Positions 30,130 through 40,595 of a stretch of DNA of 64,000 bases are shown one piece after another (the stretch's first letter is position 1; the number at the start of each line of letters is the position of its first letter). A model generated the notes under the pieces. The model did no database searches. It had not been told where the DNA came from and saw only the letters and a list, made by a program, of their open reading frames with translations. This DNA is from Ostreococcus lucimarinus. Lineage: Eukaryota. The stretch lies in NCBI GenBank assembly GCA_000092065.1, contig CP000583.1, one strand, 5' to 3'. A program made the position numbers and the translations under genes.

Positions 30130-30843
30130 TTATCGCCCGATGATACTCTGCGCCGCCACGTTGAGGCCCGAAAGTAGGGCGCCACCAGCACCATACACCG
30201 CTACAGCGCGAGGACCACTCATACTTTTGTAAAGTGCCCCTGCACCTCCGCCTGCGAATATGGAGCACAGGGAATCGTGCCGATTTTCCAAGTACGCCAT
30301 CGAGGCGCTTTCGAGAGCGGCGTAATACAAGCCGAGGCAACCCAAGGTGTTCCCCATCGATCGTCCTCTTTGACTTACGGCGTTGAGCATTCTATTCAAT
30401 CGCAACTTGGACGTGTCCAAAGCCGGTTCCGGTGCGGCTTTCATGCTCCCGTATAACCCCCACCCTCCGCCGGCGATGCTTCCACCGAGGTATCCAACCC
30501 CGGTCAGGTACGTCAGGTTTTCACTCCAGCTTCGCGTCTTCACCGTGCGCTCTTCATCGAATAAGAACTCAGGTGTATCCGATAACGCATAAATCGCCTT
30601 ATTCATCGACGGATCGAAAGGCCCACCCAATCCGCTATACGGATTGTACGCCCCGCTCGCCCCGCTCGGCAGCGCCAGGCTCTCCGCCGGCGCCCCGAAG
30701 TTTGGCTGCTCTATGTTCTCGTTCAGCGCGCTCGTCGTCACCGCGCCTCCGTTGGGTTCATCCAACGTCTTTGCCCCGCTCGATGACGCTTCGTTCTTGT
30801 TCTTTTCACCCCTTCGCACGCTCAACAAGTCTCGAAGACCCAT
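30130..30843 (-). CDS. TIM23: mitochondrial inner-membrane translocase subunit TIM23 (Tim17/22/23 family)
   Basis: 'NLTYLTGVGYLGGSIAGGGWGLY', 'GNTLGCLGLYYAALES', Gly-zipper TM segments. Soluble N-terminal domain. Confidence 0.75.
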   Translation of the reverse strand: MGLRDLLSVRRGEKNKNEASSSGAKTLDEPNGGAVTTSALNENIEQPNFGAPAESLALPSGASGAYNPYSGLGGPFDPSMNKAIYALSDTPEFLFDEERTVKTRSWSENLTYLTGVGYLGGSIAGGGWGLYGSMKAAPEPALDTSKLRLNRMLNAVSQRGRSMGNTLGCLGLYYAALESASMAYLENRHDSLCSIFAGGGAGALYKSMSGPRAVAVYGAGGALLSGLNVAAQSIIGR

Positions 30844-31361
30844 GATTCCACGCCAGACTCGCGATCGGCGCCGACGCGCGTCCGTCCTTTAATCGGTTTC
30901 CGTCGCGCGCGTCGGTCGCGTCGCGCGCGTCGGTCGCCGTTCGTCGCGTCGCGCGCGCGTTCGAGTCGCGCCTCGTCGCGTCGCGCGCGCGTTCGAGTCG
31001 CGCCTCGTCGCGGCTCGGCGCGCGTCGTCTTCAGACGACGAAAGATGTCGACGATGATTTTCCGCGCCCACCGCGAGGGTCTGGCGCTCGCGCGGGTTCG
31101 GTCCGCCCGGGCGCGACCTTTTCGGGACGGCGGCCCGCGTCGACTTTTACCGCGCGCAGAGGGCGACGCGGCGACGCGACCGCGACCGCGCGTCGACCGA
31201 GGGACGCCCGACCGCGGTCGGCGATGCGCGCGGTGGCGCCCGCGCCGAACGCGCGCGCGCGACGCGAGGCGACGACGCGGCGCGCGGGCGGTCGCCGCGC
31301 GCGATGGGGCGACGAGCGACGACCGCGCGCGAGTGCCGCGAGCGCGCGAACGGCGTGGACG

Positions 31362-33068
31362 ATGGGGATGAGTGAAAAGACATCGACGACGCGCGCGCGG
31401 CGATCGCGAGGAGACGGCGCGACGGAGACGCGAGCGCGGTGGACGTCGGCGCGCGCGGCGAACAAAGGGTGGGTGCTCTCCGAACGGGACTACCCCGAGG
31501 GAGAAGTGATCTTGGGGATCGAGATTCGATCGCATTCCATAAAAGCCGCACCAGTGGATACCGCGAACGCCGAGTTTCAGCGACCGGGGGTGTCGGTGCC
31601 GATCGAAGAATTCAACGAAGAAAGCTTGCGAGAGGCGCTCGAGAAGGTTAACAAACACTTTGGCTGGAGAGGGCCGGTGGGTGTAAGCTACACTCGTTTA
31701 GCCGTGCGCGCGCTCGGAGGCGTGCAAAAGGGAGAACAGCTGATGTCTAGGATGATTCCCGATTGGCAAGGACGAATCGCCATGATGATTCACACCGAGG
31801 CGGCGGCGTATGCGGAGATGTATTTCGGCCCAGGTCGCGAGAGCTCGGGCGTGGTGCTTGTGTGTACGCTCGGCAAAGGATTCGGTGCGGTGCTGTACAA
31901 ACGAGGTCAAAAAGTTCGAAACGCTGACTTCAAGCACATGACGTGGACGTACGAAAGGGAGCTCCAGAAATTACAAAAGACGTGGGGCTGGAGCGGCGTG
32001 ATGCCACCGTTGCCCGAGGAGACGTCAGAGAACGTTTTGAAAGTAGTCAAAGAGTACGGATTAAACGGTAGAGGATGGTGGCTTGAAAATCTTCAACCGT
32101 CAGAAAATCCGTGCGCGACGACGGACGCTGTCCTCGCGTGGGCTTCTCTCGTTGATCGATATCTACAAAAGGTTGCTTCAAGCGTCAAGCCAGAGCGTCT
32201 CATTTTGTTACCCACCGGAACCGCGTCGGATGTGAGTGAAGAGGTTTTACTCTCTCTGTTTCGCCCAGGAGTCCAATTAGCTGGGTTAGAGTCTGAAGTT
32301 CTCATCATGGGGGAGTTCCCAGACAGAGCATTGGTGAAAGGAGCTGCAGTCGGGGCGCACATAGAACTCCAATCGCGAGCCGCGAGCGGCGTGTTGCGAG
32401 ACGCAATTTGCAAAACAGTCACCGAAAGCCCGATTCTACGTGCGCTGACTGACGTTGAGCTCGACTGGGTGTTTAAAAAGCTCGATTCCGATAAAGACGG
32501 CGAGATATGCGAAAATGACCTGGTCACTGGCGCGAGATTCTTTGGCGCAAATCTGTCAGTCGCAGAGGTGAATGGCGTGCTTAAGGAGTTACATTGTGGC
32601 TTAACAGGAGCAATCACCCGCGAACTCCTCGTCAAGTGGTGGAGCTCAGAAGTGTCTCACGGTATTGTCACTCAAATATCTTCATCTATTGAATTGGATG
32701 AAATTCTTGCAGCCTCAAAAGCGGAGATGGAAGTTAGCAATCTCGCTGGTGTCTTAGTGGCGTCGAATGTAGATAAAGTCGTCGTCGTCCAATGTGGGTT
32801 TTCATATTGCCGTCCGTGCAAGAAGTTTGAAGCGTCGTATGAGCAAGTCGCGAGGAATTATCCACAGGTGTCGTTCTTAAAAGTAATTGGTGATAGTACC
32901 CCAGCTGCCGCACACTTGTGCAAGGATGTTCTCGCAATTCAGTCGACTCCTGACTTTCGCATTTTCAAAGGGGCGACATTAGTGCGTCAATTTACGGGCG
33001 CGAATAAAACTAAGCTCGAAGAAGCTATTAACGCCGCGCTCGAGTATAAGGAATTTACCGTACAGTAG
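31362..33068 (+). CDS. three-domain protein: polyphosphate-glucokinase/ROK-like domain with degenerate P-loop + EF-hand + thioredoxin-like domain
   Basis: PPGK-like 'HFGWRGPVGVSYTRLAV', 'MIHTEAAAYAEMYFGPG', 'VVLVCTLGKGFGAVLYKRG', but 'GIEIRSHSIKAAPVD' replaces 'GIDIGGTGIK'. EF-hand 'LDSDKDGEICENDL'. Trx-like 'VVVQCGFSYCRPCKKFEASYEQVARNYPQVSFLKV...TPDFRIFKG'. Track ORF starts at 31224 in Arg-rich read-through; M47 (31362) chosen. Confidence 0.65.
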   Translation: MGMSEKTSTTRARRSRGDGATETRARWTSARAANKGWVLSERDYPEGEVILGIEIRSHSIKAAPVDTANAEFQRPGVSVPIEEFNEESLREALEKVNKHFGWRGPVGVSYTRLAVRALGGVQKGEQLMSRMIPDWQGRIAMMIHTEAAAYAEMYFGPGRESSGVVLVCTLGKGFGAVLYKRGQKVRNADFKHMTWTYERELQKLQKTWGWSGVMPPLPEETSENVLKVVKEYGLNGRGWWLENLQPSENPCATTDAVLAWASLVDRYLQKVASSVKPERLILLPTGTASDVSEEVLLSLFRPGVQLAGLESEVLIMGEFPDRALVKGAAVGAHIELQSRAASGVLRDAICKTVTESPILRALTDVELDWVFKKLDSDKDGEICENDLVTGARFFGANLSVAEVNGVLKELHCGLTGAITRELLVKWWSSEVSHGIVTQISSSIELDEILAASKAEMEVSNLAGVLVASNVDKVVVVQCGFSYCRPCKKFEASYEQVARNYPQVSFLKVIGDSTPAAAHLCKDVLAIQSTPDFRIFKGATLVRQFTGANKTKLEEAINAALEYKEFTVQ

Positions 33069-33104
33069 CAAATCCGTAATCATAGCAGCTAGCATGATTG
33101 TCAA

Positions 33105-35210
33105 CTACAAATCTATTTGCAAGTCAGTCCAGTCCCCAAGCCCGTTTAGGATTTCGTTCAAACGCGCTTCAACTCGAGCGCGATCGTCGAGGTTACCAAT
33201 ATCTTGAAATTTTGCTCGTGACGGATGCCAAACTATTATATTCGATTTGTGATCCTCGAATACTTCGTTCCATTGAAAAGCATCCACGACTCGCTCGCTG
33301 GCCTCAACAAATGCCAATAACTTTTCACTCTTGAAATCTTTCGCAAAATCTCTGAAGCTAGAGTTACTGTCTGATTCAAGCACCATGGCTATGTAAACAC
33401 TTTTCTCCTTCAGACGTGTGCCATGAACATCGACAAGGTTGACTATCTGTGGTTTTCGAGAAGTTTGTTTTGCCGTCTTACGCATCGCCGGCGCGCGAAT
33501 CACCAAAACTCTGAACCACCCAGCGGCAACAATCGCAAAAATAGTGCCGACTAAAGGTAAAATTCCATTTTCTAAGCAAAAGAACCATAAACTCTCGGCC
33601 ATGTCGGAGACATCTGTGCGTAGCGCTTTCATCAAGAGCCTCCAATCAATGGGTGCTCCAGGGATTGGGAAAAGAAGGTGCGCATCAAATTCCGCGGCTG
33701 GTAAGCCTTCTTCTGTTACCAAGACGCGAGATATCCATGCCACGAGTGTGTCACGAGTGCTCCAATCTTTCAGCTGATCGTAATATACGTGCCCACGTTT
33801 ACCGCGGTGAAACATAAGGGCGACTAATTGCGTTCCATTTGCAAACGTCTTGACAAATTTTTTATTTCGCAATCCATCAATCCATCCGAAAGCCACTTCA
33901 TCTTCCGTCAAAGATAACTTACCACTACTTCTAACGTTAGCAAGCTCTTGCATTAAGCGCACAAAAGACGGGCTCCTTTTACTGCCGACCGCTACGAAAC
34001 ACACTCTCGTCAATCCCCCCGGCTCGCAACCGACTCCATGAGCATTGGACGCGGTTAGTCTAGGAATGACTTGAAATCTATACTGGGCTAAAGTTAGCCG
34101 TATTTTATCTTTCGAGTTCACATTGTCGACGACAGTGCGGTCGAAATCCCTGAAGATGATCATCGCGGGTTCCTTCTTTACGCCCAAATCCTGTTCCCAA
34201 AATTTGGTGTCACCAGTCTCGTAGTCTACCCATACAACGTCGACATCCGCGCTGTACTCTTCAGCCAAGTATCGCACCATCAATGGCGGTCGTTTAGAAG
34301 AAACGTACACAAATTTTACCTTATCTTCATAGGAAGTCATCGATTGCACATCGTTTGGGGTGATGGCAACAAGATCTGGTAACGTCAGCATTTTCTTGCC
34401 GACAAAGGACAGGAGTAAGTTCACCTTAATACTACCGCGATATCTTTTGATGCAAGAGTAATGCCGACAATTTGGACGTACACCAACAATAACGGGTAGG
34501 TCTGATCGACGAATGGGACGAGAAAATAAGCCACTGCTCCCTAACAATTGCACGAGCCGAGGCGATGTGAGAGTGTTTACCCGTCCAAAGTTTGCCACGC
34601 CGTTGGTCATCCTCGAAGCCTGCTCCCATACTGGCCCCGCTCTGTGGCATGAATCGCTCGCATCATCGTATATTTGTATTAACCACGTCTTTTGGCTCCT
34701 GAAAACGAGTTTTTCGATGTTCTTTTCGTTCAACAAAGTGGTTTCAGAAGCAATCAGTTCCGCCTCTTGGAAGCCGCTTTGCTGTCGAAGGCCTTCTTGC
34801 GTTGATCCCGAGTCCCAGGTGCCACGTCCGCGGAACCCAGCACCTTGATTCGTTTGTGTTTCAGATTCGTCCAAATATATCTGCAAATCGTACACGCGTT
34901 TACTTTCTTCATCCGACAACACTGCGTAAGCCTTTTGTATCTCAACGAACCGTTCGCCAGCCTTCGCTTTCTCGACGTCGTCAACGTTTCTTTGCTTATC
35001 TGGGTGGTAAATGAGCGATAGGGAACGATACGCTTTCTTAATATCTCCCGCACCCGCCCCCCGTTCGAGTCCTAGGGCACCGTACAAGTCGTTCGCGCCC
35101 TCGCAAACTCGCACGTGAACGCAAAACAGAAAGGCGAGTACTAGAAAGCGCCGCATCTTGCGCAGTGTCGCTGAATCACGCGCGATTTGGGCGACGACAC
35201 GAGCGTGCAC
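33105..35210 (-). CDS. ER-membrane J-domain protein with thioredoxin-like luminal domain (DNAJC16/ERdj8-like)
   Basis: Signal peptide 'MRRFLVLAFLFCVHVRVCEG'. J domain 'DLYGALGLERGAGAGDIKKAYRSLSLIYHPDKQ...VYD'. Trx-fold region. TM 'ILPLVGTIFAIVAAGWFRVLVI' near the C-terminus, then a cytosolic tail. Confidence 0.65.
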   Translation of the reverse strand: MHARVVAQIARDSATLRKMRRFLVLAFLFCVHVRVCEGANDLYGALGLERGAGAGDIKKAYRSLSLIYHPDKQRNVDDVEKAKAGERFVEIQKAYAVLSDEESKRVYDLQIYLDESETQTNQGAGFRGRGTWDSGSTQEGLRQQSGFQEAELIASETTLLNEKNIEKLVFRSQKTWLIQIYDDASDSCHRAGPVWEQASRMTNGVANFGRVNTLTSPRLVQLLGSSGLFSRPIRRSDLPVIVGVRPNCRHYSCIKRYRGSIKVNLLLSFVGKKMLTLPDLVAITPNDVQSMTSYEDKVKFVYVSSKRPPLMVRYLAEEYSADVDVVWVDYETGDTKFWEQDLGVKKEPAMIIFRDFDRTVVDNVNSKDKIRLTLAQYRFQVIPRLTASNAHGVGCEPGGLTRVCFVAVGSKRSPSFVRLMQELANVRSSGKLSLTEDEVAFGWIDGLRNKKFVKTFANGTQLVALMFHRGKRGHVYYDQLKDWSTRDTLVAWISRVLVTEEGLPAAEFDAHLLFPIPGAPIDWRLLMKALRTDVSDMAESLWFFCLENGILPLVGTIFAIVAAGWFRVLVIRAPAMRKTAKQTSRKPQIVNLVDVHGTRLKEKSVYIAMVLESDSNSSFRDFAKDFKSEKLLAFVEASERVVDAFQWNEVFEDHKSNIIVWHPSRAKFQDIGNLDDRARVEARLNEILNGLGDWTDLQIDL

Positions 35211-35343
35211 GACGCTTCAATACTTTATCTCTTCATTTTTTATCCTCAAGGCGGCCGATAACGAATCGCGTTTCGGAGTGCGGGGATGGATGTCTGCGCG
35301 CGCGCTCGGTGTCGCGCGCTGGGGTTTGGGCTCTGTTAACAAT

Positions 35344-36915
35344 CTAATCTTCCTCGTCTAATGCCCCCGAGTACTCCGCGATGGCGTCCAAGGGAAGCAT
35401 GTGCGCTTCAAAATCATCGCTTAGCTGGATAGATGCCGTGTCAGTTGACTTATTCTTCTCGAGGAGCTTGCCGCGCCTGCCGCGGAACTTTCCTGAGACG
35501 ACACAAATGCGCCCACCGGGCTTCGGTACAACCGTCTCCAGCGCGCTTTGACTAACTTCGATCGTAGTTCCGTTTTCTTCTAGTTGTAGCATGCACTCGG
35601 TTGGGGTCAAAACGTCCACAACGACTCCCTTCATGAGGTAGAATTGTCCACGTTTAAAGCTTTTGCTCACAACCCGCACACGAATGTTGGCAAACAACCA
35701 AGGCTTTGCCGACATTTCGGAGTCTTTACCTGCATCACTTCTACCACGCTTCTCCCCAACTTTTGCATATTGACTTTCATGCATCTCTGCAAGTTCACTA
35801 GACCTAACTGTCACTACTTTACCGCTATTGGTGAGCTCAACGCTGACTTTCCCGTCGGACATTCGCAAAACGCGCCCAGATACGCCTGCATGACGTCCAT
35901 CGACGATGTACATGAGCTTGCCTTCGCGCGGTCCAAGCTCTTGGCGCCTAACAAGCTTCTCATCTAACGTTTTTACATTCCTCAGTCCCGCATTAGCCAT
36001 CATTTGTGGGTCTCGCACCATGTCAGCCTTCTTCTTGCGAGAATCACCCGGTTTGATGTACTTCTTCTGTGGCTCATCTTTCTCCACCGGTTGAGCACCC
36101 AAGCCAAGACGGCCAGGTCGTGGAATAAATTCTACCGCTTCGACCATACCCTTATGCATTCGACCGACTGCCTTACCCTCCTCCCAACCCATGCCGCGCA
36201 ACATCGCTTTGCCAAAATCCTCAATTGGCATGTCCTCGTATTCGTCCATCGATGCTTGATTCGGTAAATCTTCCATATCTTCCTTGAACGCTTGAAGCTC
36301 CTTCTCTTGCAAACTTCTACCTATGAAACTCTCCCTCGCGCGATCTTCGTTGCTTATCTTGGGTGCGGCGGAGCCGTCTTTCGGCCCCATCTTCGTCAAC
36401 CCATATGATACACCTTTCTGAGCCACCTCACCACCACCCGCCGCGATGGTTTCCGCCACGTGGAATCGCTTCTGATCTTGTTCTATTTCTTCCTTTGTTG
36501 GTAGAAAACTTGGTGCCTGCGTGAGAAAATTACATTCGTCAGCAGTCGCTTTGTCTCGAGCTCGTCGCGTCCCTACACTCACCTTTCTTTGTCGTCCCGT
36601 GCCCACTTCGAACGTATTCGCAATCTTAGGGATGACCTTCACCTCTGTCACTTTCTCCTTCTTCGTCCCCTCCAGCGCGTTATCGTTGACGGCGGTGAGG
36701 TAATCCACGTCTTCCTTTGCCTCCTCGTGCTGCACGGCCACCTTCACCTGCGGCGCCTTCTTTTTCGTGAACGCGAAAGATTGCATGGCGTGCGTGGGGA
36801 TCAGCCTACCGTCGAACAACTGCACGCGATATGCCCTATTGCGGTGCGCGCCTCTCGCGCGATTCTGTTCGCAACGCGCCCGGCACTGCGGACGAATGCG
36901 GCGAAAGTTTCGCAA
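35344..36915 (-). CDS. GPKOW: G-patch and KOW-motif protein (GPKOW/MOS2/Spp2-like splicing factor)
   Basis: G-patch 'FGKAMLRGMGWEEGKAVG...RPGRLGLG'. Two KOW motifs 'GKLMYIVDGRHAGVSGRVLRMSDGKVSVEL' and 'GRICVVSGKFRGRRGKLLEK'. Confidence 0.7.
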   Translation of the reverse strand: MRNFRRIRPQCRARCEQNRARGAHRNRAYRVQLFDGRLIPTHAMQSFAFTKKKAPQVKVAVQHEEAKEDVDYLTAVNDNALEGTKKEKVTEVKVIPKIANTFEVGTGRQRKVSVGTRRARDKATADECNFLTQAPSFLPTKEEIEQDQKRFHVAETIAAGGGEVAQKGVSYGLTKMGPKDGSAAPKISNEDRARESFIGRSLQEKELQAFKEDMEDLPNQASMDEYEDMPIEDFGKAMLRGMGWEEGKAVGRMHKGMVEAVEFIPRPGRLGLGAQPVEKDEPQKKYIKPGDSRKKKADMVRDPQMMANAGLRNVKTLDEKLVRRQELGPREGKLMYIVDGRHAGVSGRVLRMSDGKVSVELTNSGKVVTVRSSELAEMHESQYAKVGEKRGRSDAGKDSEMSAKPWLFANIRVRVVSKSFKRGQFYLMKGVVVDVLTPTECMLQLEENGTTIEVSQSALETVVPKPGGRICVVSGKFRGRRGKLLEKNKSTDTASIQLSDDFEAHMLPLDAIAEYSGALDEED

Positions 36916-37059
36916 GGCAACGACGGAGCGGGGGCGGAATTGAATGCACGAACCGCACTGCGCGTCGCTCGAGTGGGTGTGTCGAGCGTCGTCGTTCTCA
37001 AGGCGAGAAGAACATCAAGAGTGCGCGACTCAACCAATCGAACCTCGCGCGCGATCAGG

Positions 37060-38043
37060 ATGGCGGACGAAAAGCCGACTTTGCTGGAGCACGAGTGGGT
37101 GGAATTCAGTGCCAGAGTCAGAAGAGTGTGCAAACGCTCAGCGGCGCTCACGCTGAGTGCGGCGATAATTTCGTTTGGGTTACTCATCGCGTCGATCACG
37201 TGTGTGTTCGCGCTGCGATATATCGTCGTTCCGCGCGGTCCGGCGTCGCTCTCGCAAGATCTAGTGTTCGACTACACCGCCGCGGCGCCGGTGGCGAGAG
37301 TGAGTTTCATACCGCAGAAGTTCGCAAATACGGGCGAATCGAAACCGCGGAAAGGACGAATTGTGAGCGCGAAGCAAAACTTTGACGTGGACATCGAGTT
37401 TGTCGTCCCAGACAGCGAGTATAACGTAAACGTTGGTATGTTTCAAGTGAATGCAAAGTTGCTGACTCCAAGTGGGAAAACTTTACTCGAGAGATCTCGA
37501 CCTGGAATCGTGAAATACACGTCCAAGGAAGTGAAATGGCTCAAAACAATTGTATGGTGGCCGTTTCACGCTCTGGGGTTGATTGAAGAGCAGCAAAACG
37601 TGCGCGTCGCAATGGTACAAAACTACAAAGAAGATAGTGAGTCTCCGTTCACGGACATTGAAGTGACAATGAAACCGCACGCTGGAAGTGCCAGGTTACC
37701 GCAAATATATGAGGCCCGCGCAATCGTTCATTTAAGTATGAATTTTGTTGCCAAGCTGCTATATTTCTACCCCATCGCGTCGTCCTTTGTTCTCGTTGGG
37801 CTGTTCTGGTCGGGTTTCAGCTTTGCCGCCTTTGTGTCGACGGTCATTTCTTTGCTTATCATGGGGAGTAAAATCGACGAAAAAGATGCAGAATCTCCCA
37901 TGAAACCGGACGAGATCGGAAAATACGCTAGAGCGATCGCGGATGCGATGGATTCCGCCGAAAGCTCGCAGGCACCGGCGCATACGACAAACGGGATGAT
38001 GGACGAAGGTTTGCGGCGGCGAAATGTCTCTCCGTCATCTTAG
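37060..38043 (+). CDS. seipin (BSCL2 family; lipid-droplet biogenesis)
   Basis: N-terminal TM 'LTLSAAIISFGLLIASITCVF'. Luminal 'NVGMFQVNAKLLTPSGKTLLERSRPGIV...WLKTIVWWP', 'ARLPQIYEARAIVHLSMNF'. C-terminal TM. The upstream part of track ORF 36589 is read-through and is excluded. Confidence 0.7.
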   Translation: MADEKPTLLEHEWVEFSARVRRVCKRSAALTLSAAIISFGLLIASITCVFALRYIVVPRGPASLSQDLVFDYTAAAPVARVSFIPQKFANTGESKPRKGRIVSAKQNFDVDIEFVVPDSEYNVNVGMFQVNAKLLTPSGKTLLERSRPGIVKYTSKEVKWLKTIVWWPFHALGLIEEQQNVRVAMVQNYKEDSESPFTDIEVTMKPHAGSARLPQIYEARAIVHLSMNFVAKLLYFYPIASSFVLVGLFWSGFSFAAFVSTVISLLIMGSKIDEKDAESPMKPDEIGKYARAIADAMDSAESSQAPAHTTNGMMDEGLRRRNVSPSS

Positions 38044-38125
38044 TGTTAATTCATTCTTTCATTAGTCGAAGCATACGGTACGCTTGTAAATCATTTCTAG
38101 TACAGCTAATCGTAAACGTAACATT

Positions 38126-38998
38126 TCATTTCTTTTGCACCTTCTCTTCCACAAACTCGTCGATCAAGTATGGCCATGCGTCGTTGGAATCATAAGTGTC
38201 CAAATTCTCGCCCACTTGTCGACTAAACTGAAGAACTTGCGACCAGGTGTCGTTCGAGATGGCCTTGCCGTGATTCTTCTCCAGAAAGTCGCACCATTCA
38301 TCCGTAAAGCACCATTTGTCCGCCATCAAAACTTTCCACAAACCGATGGCGGTATCGAGTGACAGCGCCTTCGCGTTTGGTTCCTTAGCGAAGCCAAACG
38401 TAAACTCGTACACATCCTTGAAGGCATTCGGCCTGGTGAGCTCACTTCTCAGTGCATCCATTTTTGCCTTTAATTTAGCCACGGAATCGCACTCCAAATC
38501 CATCATTCCTCGAGTAAACTCCTCCTTTGTGTATTTCCCCATCGTCTCGGCGTCCATCTTCAGTGAAAGCACGAGCGTCACTGGATCGAAAGGATCCACA
38601 CCTAAATCTTTGCAGAGCTGAATGATACCCTCCGCTTCGATTCTCTGCTCTTGCTGGTCGTCTTGGGCTTTGTACACATCGAACATCGCGTCAATACCGG
38701 CCGAGTTAGTGGAAGACCTTTTCGAACTCTTCGAGCGTGCCGAGTAAAAGTACACCTCGAACGCGCTTTCCATGTTCCAAGACGCCTCTTTGAGCGCGTG
38801 AATCGATGCACTCTCATCACTCGTATCCGCGACTTCCATAAATCGTCGCACGATAGCTTTTTGGTTCTTGTTGAGCTTATTCTGTTCGTCAAAGTGCGCG
38901 GTCAGTGATTTAAATTCATCTTTCACGAGTCTTCGTTCGCGCGAGCGCTGCACAGAGTGTGCTTTCAAGGTAACTGGCAATGTGAGAGTGCGTACCAT
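38126..38998 (-). CDS. DCN1: DCN1-like protein (defective in cullin neddylation; UBA-like + PONY domain)
   Basis: 'FKDVYEFTFGFAKEPNAKALSLDTAIGLWKVLM', 'DTWSQVLQFSRQVGENLDTYDSNDAWPYLIDEFVE' closely match the DCUN1D PONY domain. Confidence 0.85.
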   Translation of the reverse strand: MVRTLTLPVTLKAHSVQRSRERRLVKDEFKSLTAHFDEQNKLNKNQKAIVRRFMEVADTSDESASIHALKEASWNMESAFEVYFYSARSKSSKRSSTNSAGIDAMFDVYKAQDDQQEQRIEAEGIIQLCKDLGVDPFDPVTLVLSLKMDAETMGKYTKEEFTRGMMDLECDSVAKLKAKMDALRSELTRPNAFKDVYEFTFGFAKEPNAKALSLDTAIGLWKVLMADKWCFTDEWCDFLEKNHGKAISNDTWSQVLQFSRQVGENLDTYDSNDAWPYLIDEFVEEKVQKK

Positions 38999-39236
38999 GG
39001 TGCCAACTATCTCTCACTCTCGTCTTTGACGCCGTTCATAGACGTACGCGACAGGCGTGCGAGCGCTTATGACGATGGTCGCTGTCTCCTTGTCCAAGGC
39101 GCGTCGCATTGGTTTTTCAGAATGCGCGGTAAAATCGACGACGTCTGCAGACGAATTTGCACGATGGGAATGGCTTTGAGAATGACAAGGTATACTATTT
39201 ACATCGCGTGGTGTCATGTCTTCGAAGAAGCGAATA

Positions 39237-40595
39237 CTACACTTGCGTCGGCGCGGCGCCGCGCAGAGGAGGGCTCGTGATGATTTCGAGCTTGCGCTGC
39301 AAGTACGCAGCAGAGACCAAGAACAACGAGCACATAGCAAACATGGCCGTCAGAGGGAACAAAGCCACGTTGTACAAAATAATACAGACGAAGAGGTTGA
39401 GTGGGATTCTGAAGCAGTTCATCACCGTGCTTCTGATTTCCTCGGGAACGTACGTCGCGCGCATCTTCATCATGCTTGGCCAGAAAATTCCAACCAAACA
39501 TTCAAAGACTAGAAACCCGAGCATCGTGATTTGCCCCTCGAGCGTAATCGACTGCCCCGGAGTATAGTTCGCTTGGAACGGGAAAATCTTGAGCACGATG
39601 GGCAACGCCAAGGATGCGGCGGACGCCAAGAAGACGTATTGCATATACTTCTCCGGTCGTAAGTCCTTGTCTCCCAAGAGCTGACCCGCGAAAGATGAAC
39701 CGATCATGCACGCGACCATCATGGTCGCGAAAATCATCCCATGAGGAATGATTTCGTCGTTCGGGCTCAGGGCGGGGGTCCACAAAAAGACGAACGAATA
39801 CATCGCCGCCTCGAAGAGCGACTGCATCGCACCAAGATACAGCACCTTCTTGTCGTTGAAAATGGCATGCTTCGCCGCCGAGAAACTGGCTTCGAGAGAA
39901 ACGTTAGCATTTACGGCGCCTCTATTTTCTGTCCACGTCAAAGCGATGATAACACCACCGATTGCCAAAAACGTAGCCGCGGCGTCAAACGGCGCAACGG
40001 GACCAAAGTTCATATCAGTCACCAAATAGTTCGCCAACAAGCCCGCGACGATCGACACCACACCGTTGCCGATGAAGATCGCTTTTGAAAACGTCCCATT
40101 CAACCACTCCGGGTCGTAGTTCCGAGAGAAGTGTTCGGACACGAGCCAAGATTCGAACGCGGTGAACAACAGCGACGTCGCGATGCCGCCAAAAAAGCGA
40201 CCGAGCATGAGCACGCCGTAATCACTCCAGTGCTTCGTGATGCAGGACGCGATGTACGTGGCGACATATGTTAAACCCGCGAGCTTACGTCCATATCTGT
40301 CCGCTAAACTACCCACGATGGTTCCGAAAATCATACTCGACCCGAAACCAGCGATGAAGAGTTTCCCGATATCTCCGGTGCCGTATCCGTAGTGTTTGTA
40401 CAGCGCGTACACGTACGGTCCTTGCAACCAATCCCCAGCCATCATCAACGCGTACACGACCAAGTAATTGGTCCTAAACGCCAAGAAATTCGCCGGTAAA
40501 CTCGCCCCCTTCCCGCTCGTCGGACGCTTTCGCACCTCGAGCGCCGCGCACACGGACGCGAGGGCGCCGAATGTGAGCACATAAAACGACTCCAT
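39237..40595 (-). CDS. MFS transporter, MFSD5/MOT2 molybdate-anion transporter family
   Basis: 'FLAFRTNYLVVYALMMAGDWLQGPYVYALYKHYGY', 'GRFFGGIATSLLFTAFESWLVSEHF', 'LFEAAMYSFVFLWTPAL' align with human MFSD5. 12 TM segments. Confidence 0.85.
   Translation of the reverse strand: MESFYVLTFGALASVCAALEVRKRPTSGKGASLPANFLAFRTNYLVVYALMMAGDWLQGPYVYALYKHYGYGTGDIGKLFIAGFGSSMIFGTIVGSLADRYGRKLAGLTYVATYIASCITKHWSDYGVLMLGRFFGGIATSLLFTAFESWLVSEHFSRNYDPEWLNGTFSKAIFIGNGVVSIVAGLLANYLVTDMNFGPVAPFDAAATFLAIGGVIIALTWTENRGAVNANVSLEASFSAAKHAIFNDKKVLYLGAMQSLFEAAMYSFVFLWTPALSPNDEIIPHGMIFATMMVACMIGSSFAGQLLGDKDLRPEKYMQYVFLASAASLALPIVLKIFPFQANYTPGQSITLEGQITMLGFLVFECLVGIFWPSMMKMRATYVPEEIRSTVMNCFRIPLNLFVCIILYNVALFPLTAMFAMCSLFLVSAAYLQRKLEIITSPPLRGAAPTQV

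Noticed and set aside
36589-37059. N-terminal 157 codons of the track ORF containing seipin
   Set aside because: Antisense to the 5' end of GPKOW, with no homology. The seipin N-terminal TM begins right after M at 37060.
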